From assembly GCF_039654945.1 (NCBI RefSeq), contig NW_027361751.1:7502001-7566000 (forward strand): a stretch of 64,000 nt of DNA. The letters are read 5' to 3'. The notes below the pieces were generated by a model, which was not told the DNA's origin, did not search any database, and saw only the letters and a program-made list of their open reading frames with translations. Below, one piece after another: positions 25,499 to 38,138 of the stretch. Each line of letters starts with the position of its first letter. The stretch's first letter is position 1. Origin of the DNA: Dendrobates tinctorius (lineage: Eukaryota). The position numbers were made by a program, and so were the translations under genes.

Positions 25499-26507
25499 TC
25501 AGGGGGGCATCTCTTTTCTTGCCCCAGATTTCCCTCGCTTAGGGGGCATGCGTCTCTTCACTGAGGCCCAATCCCCCTGACCTCCTGTATAAGCGTTGAT
25601 AGGAGGAGGTATGCGAAGATCCATATCCAAAGGTAACCATGAAGGAATATCAATAGAAGCAATGTCAAAAGTGTCCCATATTTTGCTTAAATCTTCGGGA
25701 CTCCTCACTGTCACTTGTTTGCCATCCCCATTTACCGATATTCCAAACGGAAACAGCCATTTATAGAGAATTTTATGCGAGCGTAGTATTTCCAATAAGG
25801 GTCTCAGGATTCTTCTCTTTGCAAGGGTCGACGGCGCAATGTCCTGGTAGAGTTGGATAGCAGATCCTTCGTAGGCGAGATTTTTAACATCCCTTGAGGC
25901 AGACAAAATAACATTGGTGTCCACATAACTCAACAAGCCACAGATCACATCCCTCGGGGGTTCAGAGGGCTTAGGCTTGGGTCTGAGCGATCTATGGACC
26001 CTCTCTATTACAATTTGGTCGCATTTTTCTTGAGGGATTAGGAGGGCAAAGATTTCTTTTGTGGATTTTTCCAGTATTTCTGCAGAGACACTTTCAGGCA
26101 ATCCTTTAATCCTTATATTTTTTCTGCGACTTCTATTCTCTTGATCTTCCAAGGCCAGAAGAGAGTTATTAAGCTGTGCTCTGTGGTAGTCCAAATGGTC
26201 CCTCATGGCATTAGAGTGGCTAATGAGAGAGGACTGAGATGATTCAAGGGACTCCACTCTGTTACCAATGTGTGACAGATCTGCTCTCATACCAGATATC
26301 TCTGTAACCAAAGGTTTTAATGCTTGGGTCAGAAGTTTTAAATACTGATCTAGAGAACTTCCCAGAGTCTGAGTGGGTAATGTTGCTGCCTGAGACATCT
26401 TCACTTGAGTACGAGTCCTCGACCTGTTCCTCTACCTCAGCATTTTTATGTAGCTTTTTTGGTGTGGGCCTAGCCGACCCAGGTTTATTTTTCAAAAATT
26501 TCTCCAT
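25499..26507 (-). pseudogene. L1 ORF1p (coiled-coil/RRM), one frameshift near 26360
   Basis: N-terminus MEKFLK.. in one frame; remainder with EDQENRSRRKNIRIKGLPE, IERVHR, PRDVI, LYQDI, YKWLFPF in another. Confidence 0.9.
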
Positions 26508-28178
26508 TTCGCTTTGCCTGCCTTGATGTACCCTAATATCCAGCGGTTTTGCACGCTCTTTATTAGATTTGACGATAATGTTGAATTAAAGCGTGCATTT
26601 AAATCACTCCTCGTGCATTCAGGGAAAGTCTATTAATGCATGTTCATAGGTGAAGATAACCTCATGCGTCTTAAAAGGTGGAGCGCTGGCATTAGTAGAT
26701 AACGCCCTGATATGGTGCCCTATATATAGAGTTTCTCACTGCTGTGGTATGGGATCAGGCCGGTCTTAGCATCTCTGGAAAGGGGGAGCAGTACCCCCAA
26801 ACCCCCAGTCACTATTTACAGCAGGAGCGCCCGTCCCAGTCACCAGGCGCACCCAGCACTGCGACCACCCTCTGATCACCAGCCAGGCTCCTGCGACCAG
26901 CTCACCTCCCTCTCCTCCGGTAAGCAGACCTTCTCCTGTAAGCAGACCTTCTCCTTCCTTTCTGTAACGGTCAGCGGTCTCTCCTCCAGCATAGGCCGCG
27001 GCCCTCCACCCCCTCCAATGGCTCTCTGCAGTCTTCTGGCCCACGCAGCTCAGGAAGAAGCAGGAAGACGCAGCAAAGATGGCGCCTGTCCACCTCCGGC
27101 GCCAAGGCCCGTTCCCCGCGACCGCTCTCCTCTCAGAGAGCCGCGGTTCCTTCCACGCAGTCCTCCACCACTCTCTCCTGGTCCAGCTCTCTCTGGGGGG
27201 CACACAGACGCCCCCGTTGGGGTCAAAACAGGGCTCACTTCGTGGCTGGCAGCGGGAGCAACAGCACAACACGTCCTCCCACAAGCGATCCAGACCACGC
27301 CCCCCGGATTAATTCTTTTTTAATACTGATAGATCGGGGGATTCTGAACTTGTATATTTGAGATCACCTGTGTGTAGCAGAAATGCTCACTTGCTTTGAG
27401 TGCCGATCACAGGGCGGTGCTCATAGCAATCCAGCAATACCAACCATAGAGGTTTGCTGGAGACCTCTGGTTGCCATGCATTGCTGACCCAGGGTTGGAT
27501 TTACGATGCATTTACAGTAAGCGCTAGTTAAATGCTGTTGTTAGAAACTGACAGCGACATTTCACTAGATAATAGCCGCGGCTGTTGTTGGCACATGTCA
27601 GCTGTAGATATAATAAAAATAATTTTTATTTATATAGGCCCAATATATTCAGTAGCACTTTACAATTAAGCGGGGACATGTACAGACAATAAATTCAATA
27701 CAAGTTAAGACAATTTAAACAGTGACATTAGGAGTGAGGTCCCTGCTCGCAAACTTACAATATACAAGGAAATGGGGGGGGACACGGTAGGTGAAAAGTG
27801 CTTGTTATTTCAGGTCTGGCAATTATAATAAATAGGGATTTTCATATAAAGCTGCATGATCCGGTCATCAGCCCATGTGTTTAAGTGCACTAGTCAAGTA
27901 TCAAGTGCAGTTATAGTGTGCATGGAGGGTGTGGAGACAGATGAATAGTAGGGTGCAGATTCAGAATAGTATTTGGAAGGAAGGAACGGGGCAAAGTTAG
28001 TTTAATGAGTAGTTGATGTGGTAGGCTTGTTTGAAGAGATGGGTTTTCAAAGCGTGCTTGAAAAGGTCGGGGCTAAGTATCAGTCAGATCGTCTGGGGAA
28101 GTGCATTCCAGAGAGCTGGCACAGCATGAGAGAAGTCTTGGAGACGGAGGTGTGAGGTTCGGATTACGGGGGATGTTA

Positions 28179-28324
28179 AGGTACTGTCACTCTAAGCGAT
28201 GTATCAGCGATCCCGACCAGCAATATGACGCGGTCAGGATCGCTGGTACATCGCTAAGTGATCGCTAGTGAGCGATATCGTTATAGCGATATTGCTAGCG
28301 ATATCGCTTAGTGTGACAGGCCCT
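28179..28324. mobile_element. Internally deleted Harbinger MITE (family of 9097-9493)
   Basis: TIR AGGTACTGTCAC / GTGACAGGCCCT; TSD TTA. Confidence 0.85.
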
Positions 28325-28386
28325 TTAGTCTTAGGTCATTTGCAGAATGGAGGGCACGTGTAGGGCAATAGAGAGAGATGAGATAT

Positions 28387-29137
28387 TGTGGTAGGGGGCC
28401 GGGCTAGGGGGGTGGGCCACTGCTTACCAGATGAGGCAAAGATGAGACGGAGACAGCTTCCACTTGTAACAGTTCCGGATTTATTTGTCGTCCTCCTGAC
28501 GACCACCAAACACGCACCGCAGCTTCTTTACACCACTGTATCGCCAGGCCTGGGTACCTATTCTTCAGCTCCAGTCACAGTAACGCACCTCGCGGATCTT
28601 TCACTGGGGGCTGTCCTAGACCAATCTACCCCCAGTGCTTCACCTGCCCAAGATCGTCTTCCAATCGGTACCCTCGGGGCCTCGTCTGTCTTGCGGTATG
28701 TCGAATCAGGGTCTCCCCCATGGCTTCCTCTTCTCCTTGCCTGTCCTGCAGTCCGTCGGGTCAGGGCCACCCCCCTGACTGTCTCTCGTTGGTCCGTCCC
28801 CCTGGCCGAGCTCTTCTCACTTTCTCCGTCTTCTTCTGAGCTCCTCCCGGGACAAAAACTCTCCTGGAGCCCCGCCTTCTATTTATCCCCTCTCTCACAG
28901 GGGAATTTCCCACCCGGGCTCCTATCTCCCCGCCTCCCATGACTAAGCGGATTCCTAAGCCGATGTTAAGTCCTGTACTACTCTCCCCTGCCATCTTGTG
29001 GTCATTTCACGGTACTGCACTCCCTTTTCTGTCTTTCCCTGCTGTTACCTTTCTAACCTGTCAATCTCTGTCACTAGTGCACAAACCGTCCCCTCCTTCT
29101 ACCAGTCACGTCTGTCCGTCAAGTCACCTTCCCCACA
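28387..29137 (-). mobile_element. Solo LTR (751 bp)
   Basis: TGTGG...CCACA termini; 4-bp TSD ATAT; AATAAA on the minus strand near 28480; interrupts the L2. Confidence 0.8.
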
Positions 29138-30960
29138 ATATAAAGCGGTACAGAATTGTGGAGAGCTTTGTGGGTGAGAGAGATGAGTTTATACTGGACC
29201 CTGAAGTGAATAGGTAGCCAGTGTAATGACTGGCACAAGATGGAGGCATCGGTGAAGCGGCTGGACAGAAATATGACCCTGGCTGCCGCATTCAAGATGG
29301 ATTGGAGAGGAGAAAGTTTGGTAAGAGGGAGACCGATCAGAAGAGAGTGGCAGTAGTCCAGACGAGAATGAATAAGAGCGACAGTAAGAGTCTTAGCAGT
29401 TTCAAAGGAGAGAAAAGGTCGAATTTTGTAGATGTTCTTAAGATGCAGGTGACAAGAGCAAGTGAGTGATCGGATATAGGGAGTAAAGGAAAGTTTGGTG
29501 TTGAATATGACCCCAAGACAGTGGGCATGCTGCTTGGGAGATAACCCCTCCAGGGTTATTTTGATGTTAGGTAGAGTGAGGTTAGTAGAGGGGAGAAACA
29601 CAAGACATTCTGTTTTGGAGAGATTTAGTTTCAGATGGAGGACATGATGTTAGAGACAGAAGACAGACAATCCTTGGTATTTTGAATTAGGGTAGGGGTG
29701 ATATCAGGGAAGAAGTCTATTATTTCGTGTCATCAGCATAGAGATGATACTGGAACCCAAATCTGCTGATTGTTCTTCCAATAGGGGCAGTGTATAGAGA
29801 GAAGAGGAGGGGGTCTAGGACTGAGTCCTGCGGGACCCCGATAGTAAGGGGATGAGGAGAGGAAGAGGAGCCGGCAAAAGATACAGTGAAGGAGCGGTCA
29901 GAGAGGTAGGAGGAGAACCCGGAGAGTTCTGTGTCCTTGAGGCCTATAGAGCGGAGCATAGTGAGGAGGAGCTGGTGATCCACAGTGTCAAATGTGGCAG
30001 AGAGATCCAGGAGAATCAGCAGGGAGCAATGACCTTTCGATTTAGCTGAAAGGTGCGATTTCAGCTCCGGAGCCCGCACCAAACAAGGGGAGTCCGACAT
30101 CGGCATACTATTATGCCGGTTGGTGGAAAGTGGTTAAAAAAAGATCTGCAACAGCTGAAGTATATATTATTCTTTTACGCATCATAGGAACTGTTTAATC
30201 ACACAACTTATTGTTATAGAGGTTGTCCGGCCATGTAATATTGATGACCTATCTTAGAGATTGGTCATCGATATTAAATCGGTGACACTCATCACCCCAT
30301 AGGGTCAGCTGTTACCACCTCTGGTGGTGACGAATAGGAAATAATCTGCAGTACCCATTAGCGGCTTCGGCGCAGAGCTTTGCTGATGTTCTCCATTTAA
30401 TGTCAGGGGACAGGAAACAGCTGATCAGTGGGGGTGCCATGTGTCAGACCCAACTATCCTTGACAAATCCTAAGGACTCATGCAACATAACTGTTTAAAT
30501 CGGACAAGTGCTACCCATGGTCGCACTCATGCTATTCTATGGGGCTGTGCACATATCCGATTATTTTCTTGGAACTGAGTGATCGAGGAAAAAAATCATT
30601 GACGTGTTCGACTTTGATCTAGGTGTTGAATCAAATGCAAGTCTACAAGTCCATAGAAAACATCCGACTGCACTGAGATATTATCCAAATGTGGTCCAAT
30701 TTCAAGGGCTGATGGCATGGAGAGGGTGGAAAAACTTTTTTTTTCTTTCCACTCTGATCAGAGTCAGAATAACATAATCGGACCAGTTTTCTCAGATGGA
30801 GAGAAAACGATCGTTACCCTAGCCTAAAGAAAAGGCATCAAGATGACCATTTGAAAAAATAGACTCTTCAATAAAAGAAACATTACATGTCAGTGCTTGG
30901 TACAAGAGAAAAAATATTCTGAGGAGGCAGACTCCAGAAGAAAAAGTTGAGCAGTATCTA

Positions 30961-31846
30961 TGTAGTGCCATTGTTTCTGTATAAGTGTAAGGGGGTGAAC
31001 AGGAATAACGTCATCGGACAGAGATATGGTCTGGAGCCGGAACTTCTGGGGCCATCACCGCTGTTGCAGGTGGATGACTTGTCTGACGTGCCTGACTTGA
31101 CTGGGCAGGAAGAGCTCGAGCACCTAACTGAAAGGGGCGTGGGGGACTTAAAAGGAGCGGAGCGCTGGAAGGGGAGAGACTTGGCAGGAAGGCGACTACA
31201 GACCAGGACGAAGGTTGACTCCCTCTCCTCTACTATCGCCACTGACGCTAGTCTTTCTCAGACTGTACTCCTCTCGAGCACTCTATCCAGTTTCTCCCCA
31301 CGTACGAAACCTTTAACAGGTAGAACAGCTGACTTACCGACTTTCCCTGGATGCTGTGACTTTGCATGAGGCCTTGTCTTACCTGCAGCCTGTACGGCAA
31401 CGTGGTCCTGGCGAGTAGCGTTACACTTCAACAACCCACAGCAGAACTTTACCCCGAGTTCAACGGACCCGAGTTCAACAGACCCAAGTTCAACGGACCC
31501 AAGTTCAACAGACCCAAGCTCAACGACCCCATGACCAACGGATCAGGATACTTCAGCACGGTCAGGAGACAGTGCATCTCGTTCTTACTCAACAGAGCCA
31601 AGGACTTTGCTCACGGACTGCGACGCCGTCGGGAACTGTTGCAACCGTTCTCCAATAAGATCTTCAAGCGATGTCTTTATCTTTACCTTTTACTTCTTGT
31701 TGTGTATTCTTGTATATTTCACTGCCTGTCTCAACACCTACCTGCGTGGAAGGATTCCTTCAATTCATATTTGATAATTGGGTTAGTAAATTTTGTTAAC
31801 CCCTTCTCTGCCTCCGGCTGTTCACGTCATCCGGCGAAGCTTTACA
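30961..31846 (+). mobile_element. Probable solo LTR with an internal 15-bp tandem repeat (31453-31530)
   Basis: TGTA...TACA termini; GC-rich body in AT-rich flanks; TATA-like TTAAAAGG at ~31148; no clear TSD. Confidence 0.5.
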
Positions 31847-32614
31847 TAACCATTAGGTCCTGACATCTGAATGTGATTTTTATACAATTATTATTTACAG
31901 ACAGGTCAGTAAAAACTTTCTAAGGACATAAATAATAAGGATAATAAAAGTAATACTTACACTGTAACAGTGATCTGTATTATTTTATACCACTTATTGC
32001 TATTTCTCATTCCCCATCATATGAAATTTCAAATACAGAATTTAGCAAATTTCTAAAATACTTCCTCATGGAAAATGCAAAGCTCCGGGCAGCTGAGCTG
32101 AAGATACAGCTCACTAGTTTCTCCCTTCCCCTCTCATCACTGGAACAATCAGAATGTAAACAGTGCTGGAGCAGATGGCAACTATGGACAGAAGGTTGGC
32201 AAGGGGTTGAGGGGGCAATTGATTTTACAGATTAGGAAGAAAGTTGCTGATGTCTCATTGAGGGGCTGAAAATGATTATAACTTCACGGCCACAACCACA
32301 ACTATTGTACTAGGAAATAAAGGAACATGTTCTGTCAGGAACGATTTGCAATGTAGATGCTGTGCTAGATTAATCCTCTGCCTTCTGAAATACATTGTAT
32401 CATTGTACAACATAGTATTACATCTATGTGCTAATAGGTGTCATCATATAAATGTAATCTTATACTGTATATATACATGATAAAGTTTAGTAGTTCACAG
32501 AGGAGGAGGAGGAGGAGGAGGAGGAGGAGTAGAATGATGAAGTCATGCATTACATTTACCGTCTGCAACAGAAACCTTATTTCCATATCTAACCTGTCTC
32601 TAATGGGTGACTAA

Positions 32615-32893
32615 AGCCCCCCATACACACTACAATAATGTTGACTGAACCCACTGAAAACAGCAGGTTCGGTCAACAGTCTAATGTTTATGGGTGTCCC
32701 AGACATTGATAGGTGGAGTTAAGTTTCCAACATGTCCGATTTTGAGTGCCAATCTGTTTGTTCTTCCTAAAATAAGCTGCCACCAGATGTGTCTAGCAGC
32801 GTCTCCTTCATAAGTAACATAGAAGTGCTCAACCCAGTGAAAGCTAATACGTATGGGAGTGACATCTAATATAGCTGATGTGTATGGGGGGCT
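32615..32893. mobile_element. Harbinger-type MITE
   Basis: 15-bp TIR AGCCCCCCATACACA / TGTGTATGGGGGGCT; flanks TAA/TAT. Confidence 0.7.
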
Positions 32894-32950
32894 TATAGGA
32901 GTTTTTCCAAGAACAACGTTAATATTTTATCAACATTTTAATGTGCACTG

Positions 32951-33530
32951 TGTAATGGCTGTGTCTGACCGTACGGGAACATGGTTGTTATGCTCGCGCC
33001 TTGGCTGATTGGCGCGAGCCGGGGGGTTGTGGCCCCACCGTGCCACAAACCAGACTACCCTGGAAGGGGCGTGACTACGACAGCTACCTCGGTCTTCGCT
33101 GGAGCCTCTGATGGTGAGGTCAGGCTTGTGCGGCAGGTAGCTGCCGGGTGCCACTCCAGGGTGGTGTCTGGCTGTGGCTGCTGATCCCACTCGGGGACAA
33201 GTCACTTGGACAGGTGTGACTGACAGGCAGGCTGAGGCACAGGGCAAGCAGGTATGGCTAAGACACTGGGCAAGCAGGCACAGCTGAGACACAGGGCAAG
33301 CAGGCACGGCTTGGAGACACAGGGCAGGCTGGTACAGACGAGACACAGAGCAGGCTGGCACAGCTTGAGACACAGGGCAGGCGGGCACAGCTTGAGTCAC
33401 AGGGCAGGCAGGAGTGGTATATAAAGAAACAGGTAGGGACCTGTTCACACAGCAGGTACCAGTACTGATCATACCACATCTCCTGGGAAGGGGAGGAAGC
33501 AAAAGAGTTTACAGACATTACAGCAGGGTG
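32951..33530 (-). mobile_element. LTR remnant with ~28-bp tandem repeats
   Basis: Starts with TGTAA; GAGACACAGGGCAAGCAGGCACAGCTT repeats at 33230-33410; related to the remnants at 2350 and 12640. Confidence 0.45.
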
Positions 33531-33900
33531 TCACGGATATGCAGCGAAGAGACCACACAGATCCCACCACTGCCACCATTTTGTCAGGGGAACGCAACTC
33601 CACTGCCTCCAATTGTCAGGCCAGTTATGCAATTGACTAATGAGTGATGGACGAGGCCACGGCTGCTTCCACTATTAGGCGGGTTATTGGGGATCTCACA
33701 GTGAGCATATGGTATATACAACTCCGATTCCAATGCATGGAATATATGTATACCCTGATTCGATCACTGCCAACTTAAAAGTAACAAAAGGAAATACTTG
33801 TGGCTATTTTCATAATGGGCTGGCTTTTATGTGGCCATCTATAGAGGAGGTGGGAGGATGTCCAACTTATCTCCACCCTAGTGTGTGATCTTCGACTTAA

Positions 33901-36232
33901 AGGGAAGGTGCCATAAAAAAAAAATATTTCCCAGCAATTGAAAAAATGTAAAGAATTAATGTTTACATTTTCTTAAAAAATATTATCATTTGTTTATAAT
34001 TTAGTAAAATATTAAAAATAATTTTAAAAGGTTTGGTATGTCCACTTTTAAACACTAGGGGGAGCAGCTATAGAAATTTGCAGTAAATATGGTCCGAGTC
34101 TGCTGACATGGGTGTGATGTCTCCTCTCCTCCCCTTTTGGATGTTTGCTAAGGGATAAGAGAGGATGAGATTTAGGAACACAGTGAGCAGCCATTTTGTT
34201 GGTGACTGCAAAGTTATACTGATAAGTAGACCGTCACCGAGGATGGCAGACAGCAAGAATTCTGGGAGATATATGGTGGAGCGAGCAGGGTGACAGCAGC
34301 ACAGATTATTTCGGGAGAGCAGTGTGCTGGTCTATGGGGGGCACCCTGTTCTGTGCGCGAAGCAGGCAGGGATTGTACATAGAGCGCTGTGTTTTATACA
34401 CATGGATGGACCGTCTGCTTGTCTGCTCGACAAATCCAGGAAACATTTCTACTGATTGATGGCTTGTTCTGATCGAGACTTTGCATGCAAAGACCCCATT
34501 CCCCTTCTCAGATCCTGTCTTCTCCATCCTGTCCATGTGATGTGTGAAAGCGAGTCAACAGGCACAGTCCGGGGTGACGCTGGGAAGCAGGCTGGGGGGA
34601 AATGTAGCCATATAGTAATGATAAAAATGAGACCCCTCTCTTCAGCTGCCTCACCAGCCCTCCCCTGACTGCACCTAACTGGATGGCATGCTGACCCCCT
34701 CTATTACCCCAGACCCATGTGCAGGTGCTCAGCCAGAACCACCCTAGAATTGGTCCCCTTTCTTCAGATAATACTGCCATAGTGTTCCCACATAATACCG
34801 CCATATAGATCACAAATAATTCCGTCATATAGATCACACATAATACCGCCATATAGATCACACATAATACCGCTCTAGTGTTCTTACATAATACCACCAT
34901 ACAGATCACACATAATACCGTCATATAGTTCACACATAATACCACCATAGTGTTCTCAAATAATACCACCATACAGATCACACATAATACCGCCATAGTG
35001 TTCACACATAATACCGCCATATAGATCACAAATAATACCGTTATATAGTTCTCATATAATACCACCATATAGATCACACATAATACCGCTCTACTGTTCT
35101 CACATAATACCGTCATACAGATCACACATAATACCGCCATATAGATCACACATAATACTGCCATAGTGTTCTCACATAATGCCGCCATACAGATCACACA
35201 TAACGCTGCCATATAGATCACACATAACACCGCCATATAGATCACACATAATACAATCAGTATCACACATGGGAGGGATTAGATACACAGCTCACCAGTC
35301 AGTATCACACGACAGGATTAGGTACACAGCTCAGCAGACAGTATCACAGGATGGGATTAGATACACGGCTCAGCAGACAATATCACACAGGAGAGGATTA
35401 GATACATAGCTCAGCAGTCAGTATCACACAGGATGGGATTATATACACAGACAATAGGACTGAGCTGTGCAGACTCCTCACCCCCCACAGCTGCAGGAGC
35501 TGAGACAACTCACTGCTGTATGTGTGCAAGTGAGAACAGGTCAGCTGCTGCGTCGTCACCCCCCCCCCCCCCCCCCCGATAATTACCCCACTGCCTGCTC
35601 TGCTCCTTCCCCACACCTTCCGTCTTCGGTCTTCTATAACCGCGCCTCCTGCGATTATAGAGGGAAAGTGGAGCTCACTGTATACACTGTATGCTCCAAA
35701 AATATGGTGCCGATCTCATCCCTCTGCTGTGATCTGGACAGCCCAGGGGTCGTTTTTGGACGGATCCGTTTGAATTGTAGCGGTTCCCGGGCAGAGCAGA
35801 CAGACTCTGAAACTTTTTTTGTAGCAACGGTCCACTTTTTACAAGTGCGCATGCCCTGGAAGATTTGCTCAGAGAAGCATTTTAACCCTGACTATCGTAA
35901 AAAAAAAGTCTCTGTGTCTCTCTCTCGACCACGGTTCCTTTAAATTTCCTGCCCTTTGAAACTTCGCCGGATCCGTCCAAAAAAAAAAACGGTCCGCTGA
36001 CATACAGTACGTTTGTTCCATAACGGTAACGGATCCATTTTTTTCATCTTTGGTGGATTTCAACTGATCACAAAAAACGAAAGTGTGAAACTGGCCTAAG
36101 TGTCTCTTACACTCGTGCAAAGCAAAATGGCAGCGTCCAGTGGCTGCAAAAATAATTAATAATTGTATTAAAAATAATACATTATATATAAATAATCTTT
36201 TTTAATACAAAAAAAATTGCATCACCTTCCCT
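33901..36232. mobile_element. Non-autonomous Kolobok/T2-like DNA transposon
   Basis: TIR AGGGAAGGTG / CACCTTCCCT; TSD TTAA (33897-33900, 36233-36236). The 3' LTR shows the empty site with a single TTAA. Contains minisatellites and a Harbinger-like fragment (~35750-36098). Confidence 0.88.
34770..35450. repeat. 21-bp minisatellite (ATAATACCGCCATATAGATCACAC-like) followed by ~31-bp repeats
   Basis: Direct inspection; explains the repetitive ORF 34508..35266. Confidence 0.9.
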
Positions 36233-36534
36233 TTAAGTAGCTGGCCTCCAAAGGCAGCAGTGTTCAGTGTCTGGAGAGGAACCCTCCAGAGAAATGGTTT
36301 ATGTTTATGCTGAAACCTGAACCGTGTGTGTTCTGCTAGCGGTGATCGGGAGGAACTCCGCTCTCAGAAGGACTGTGCTTTCTGCTGTTTTGTTTTCCTG
36401 TTTTGCCCAGAGGGCTGTAATTGTTCTACTACATCTTGGTTTTTGCTGTCCATAATAAACCAAAGGAAGTTCTTAAAGCCCCAGCGTTCCCATGTCTACC
36501 TCCGTGTACAGCCAAGTGAGCCGATCTACCACAG

Positions 36535-36557
36535 GTGGTGATAGAAGTGGGGGCAGC
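36535..36557 (+). promoter_or_regulatory. Degenerate primer-binding site (possibly tRNA-Ala type)
   Basis: TGGTGATAGAAGTGGGGGCA immediately after the LTR end resembles TGGTGGAGAATGCGGGCA. Confidence 0.4.
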
Positions 36558-36662
36558 ATTCCCAGCAAACACATGTGACGGCTACAAGTGGTAGTGCAAG
36601 TCCTGGATGATGGTGGTCACAAGCCAGCATACGTCAGGCTAAATGGAGGATGTGCTGAAACA

Positions 36663-38138
36663 CAGGGGCGTAACTAGAACTGATTGGGCCCCATGGCAAA
36701 CTTTTAAACGGGGCCCCCTTAAAGACACACCCCCTCAAAACCACACCCCCTTACTGATATTGCATACTAGAGTCACATTAAGTAGCAGAATTAGAAATAA
36801 TGTAACACAATTATTCCTAATCCTGTAACTCAGTCAATACAATCAAGTTAGTTAAGCATTGATAATTTTATATTTTAAGTTGCTGACCCAACACCACATG
36901 GTATACAGCACCCAGCGCCCAGCACCACATGGTATATAGCACCCAGCACCACATGGTATATAGCGCCCAGCACCACCTGGTATATAGCGCCCAGCACCAC
37001 CTGGTATATAGCACCCAGCACCACATGGTATATAGCACCCAGCACCACATGGTATATATATAAAGCGTCCAGCACCACATGGTATATAACACCCAGCACC
37101 ACATGGTGTATATAGCGCCCAGCACCACATGGTGTATATAGCGCCCAACACCACATGGCATATAGCACCCAGCACCACATGGTATATAACACCCAGCACC
37201 ACATGGTGTATATAGCGCCCAACACCACATGGTGTATATAGCGCCCAGCACCACATGGTATATAACACCCAGCACCACATGGTATATAGCACCCAGCACC
37301 AGATGGTATATATATAGCACCCAGCACCACATGGTGTATATAGCACCCAGCACCACATGGTATATAGCGCCCAGCACCACATGGTATATAGCACCCAGCA
37401 CCACATGGTATATAGCGCCCAGCACCACATGATATATAGCGCCCAACACCACATGGTATATAGCGCCCAACACCACATGGTATATAGCGCCCAACACCAC
37501 ATGGTATATAACACCCAGCACCACATGGTATATAGCGCCCAACACCACATGGTATATAGCACCCAGCACCACATGGTATATAGCACCCAGCACCACATGG
37601 TATATAACACCCAGCACCACATGGTATATAACACCCAGCACCACATGGTATATAACACCCAGCACCACATGGTATATAGCGCCCAGCACCACATGGTGTA
37701 TATTTACCCCCCAGTAGCCCGCCAGGCCAGACAGAGCCTGCCCCTGAGCCTCCCTCAGTTATACTCAGTCACCTCTCTCTCTGTCTCTTGCAGCCCCCGG
37801 CCGGTGCTTGTTCCATCTTCTCATCTCAGCAGCATTCTTCCTGCTTTCAGTGTCCACGTGTTGCCACTCATTACATATGCGCATATGTAATGAGCCGCTC
37901 ATTACTTATGCGCATAGGTAATGAGCGGACGCTGAAAGCAGGAAGAACACCGGAGAACTGAAGATGGAATAAGCACCGGCCGGGGGCTGCAAGTGCAAGA
38001 GACATGCATTGCTAGGGGAGGAGTTGTAGTTAATTGCACTACCTGGGTAGCGCCGATTGGAGCCGGGGACCCGGGCCCCTATATGGGCCGGGCCCCAAAG
38101 CAACCGCTTCGGCTGCTACCCCGGTAGTTACGCCACTG
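36663..38138. mobile_element. Non-autonomous hAT inserted at codon 7 of the Gmr1 gag
   Basis: TIR CAGGGGCGTAACTA / TAGTTACGCCACTG; perfect 8-bp TSD CTGAAACA; gag reads MEDVLKH|LVQAEQHQQQ across it. Confidence 0.93.
36887..37702. repeat. ~24-bp minisatellite CCCAGCACCACATGGTATATAGC(A/G)
   Basis: More than 30 near-identical units inside the hAT. Confidence 0.95.

Larger units (their letters stand above)
20963..27304 (-). mobile_element. Full-length LINE-1 (~6.3 kb)
   Basis: 5' GGGGGGCGTGG GC-rich UTR, ORF1, ORF2, AATAAA (20984-20989) and poly(A). ~17-bp TSD CGGATTAATTCTTTTTT (20952-20968 / 27305-27321) at a TT/AAAA site. Confidence 0.97.
20353..27605 (+). mobile_element. Non-autonomous piggyBac-like element (left part), split by L1 and cut off by L2
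   Basis: TTAA followed by a CCCCTTCACGACC terminus. The sequence continues past the L1 TSD to ~27605; no right TIR found. Confidence 0.6.
27608..30045 (-). mobile_element. 5'-truncated L2 LINE (RT to 3' tail), split by a MITE and a solo LTR
   Basis: [33 protein letters not shown]; L2 tail TATATAAATAAAAATTATT on the minus strand at ~27610. Confidence 0.9.
33795..36533 (+). repeat. Gmr1 5' LTR (5'-truncated; split at TTAA by a Kolobok-like element)
   Basis: 33795-33900 plus 36233-36533 align with the 3' LTR (GCTTTTATGTGG.CATC.ATAGAG..; TTAAGTAG.TGGCCT.CAAAGGCAGCAGTG..). Confidence 0.85.

Noticed and set aside
26766-27323. ORFs in the L1 5' UTR (ORF0-like)
   Set aside because: GC-rich sequence is open in several frames on both strands, and no conservation evidence is available.
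30100-30830. Individual MITE calls in this and similar stretches (1500-2000, 2700-3000, 6800-7140, 7890-8150)
   Set aside because: They look like decayed T2/Harbinger/hAT fragments, but paired TIRs and TSDs could not be established.
34508-35266. 252-aa hydrophobic repeat ORF
   Set aside because: It is the translation of a 21-bp minisatellite within the Kolobok-like element.
36852-37890. Long repetitive ORFs (MWCWALYT / HVVLGAIY / QHHMVY)
   Set aside because: These are translations of a ~24-bp minisatellite inside a TSD-bounded hAT, open in several frames by chance.
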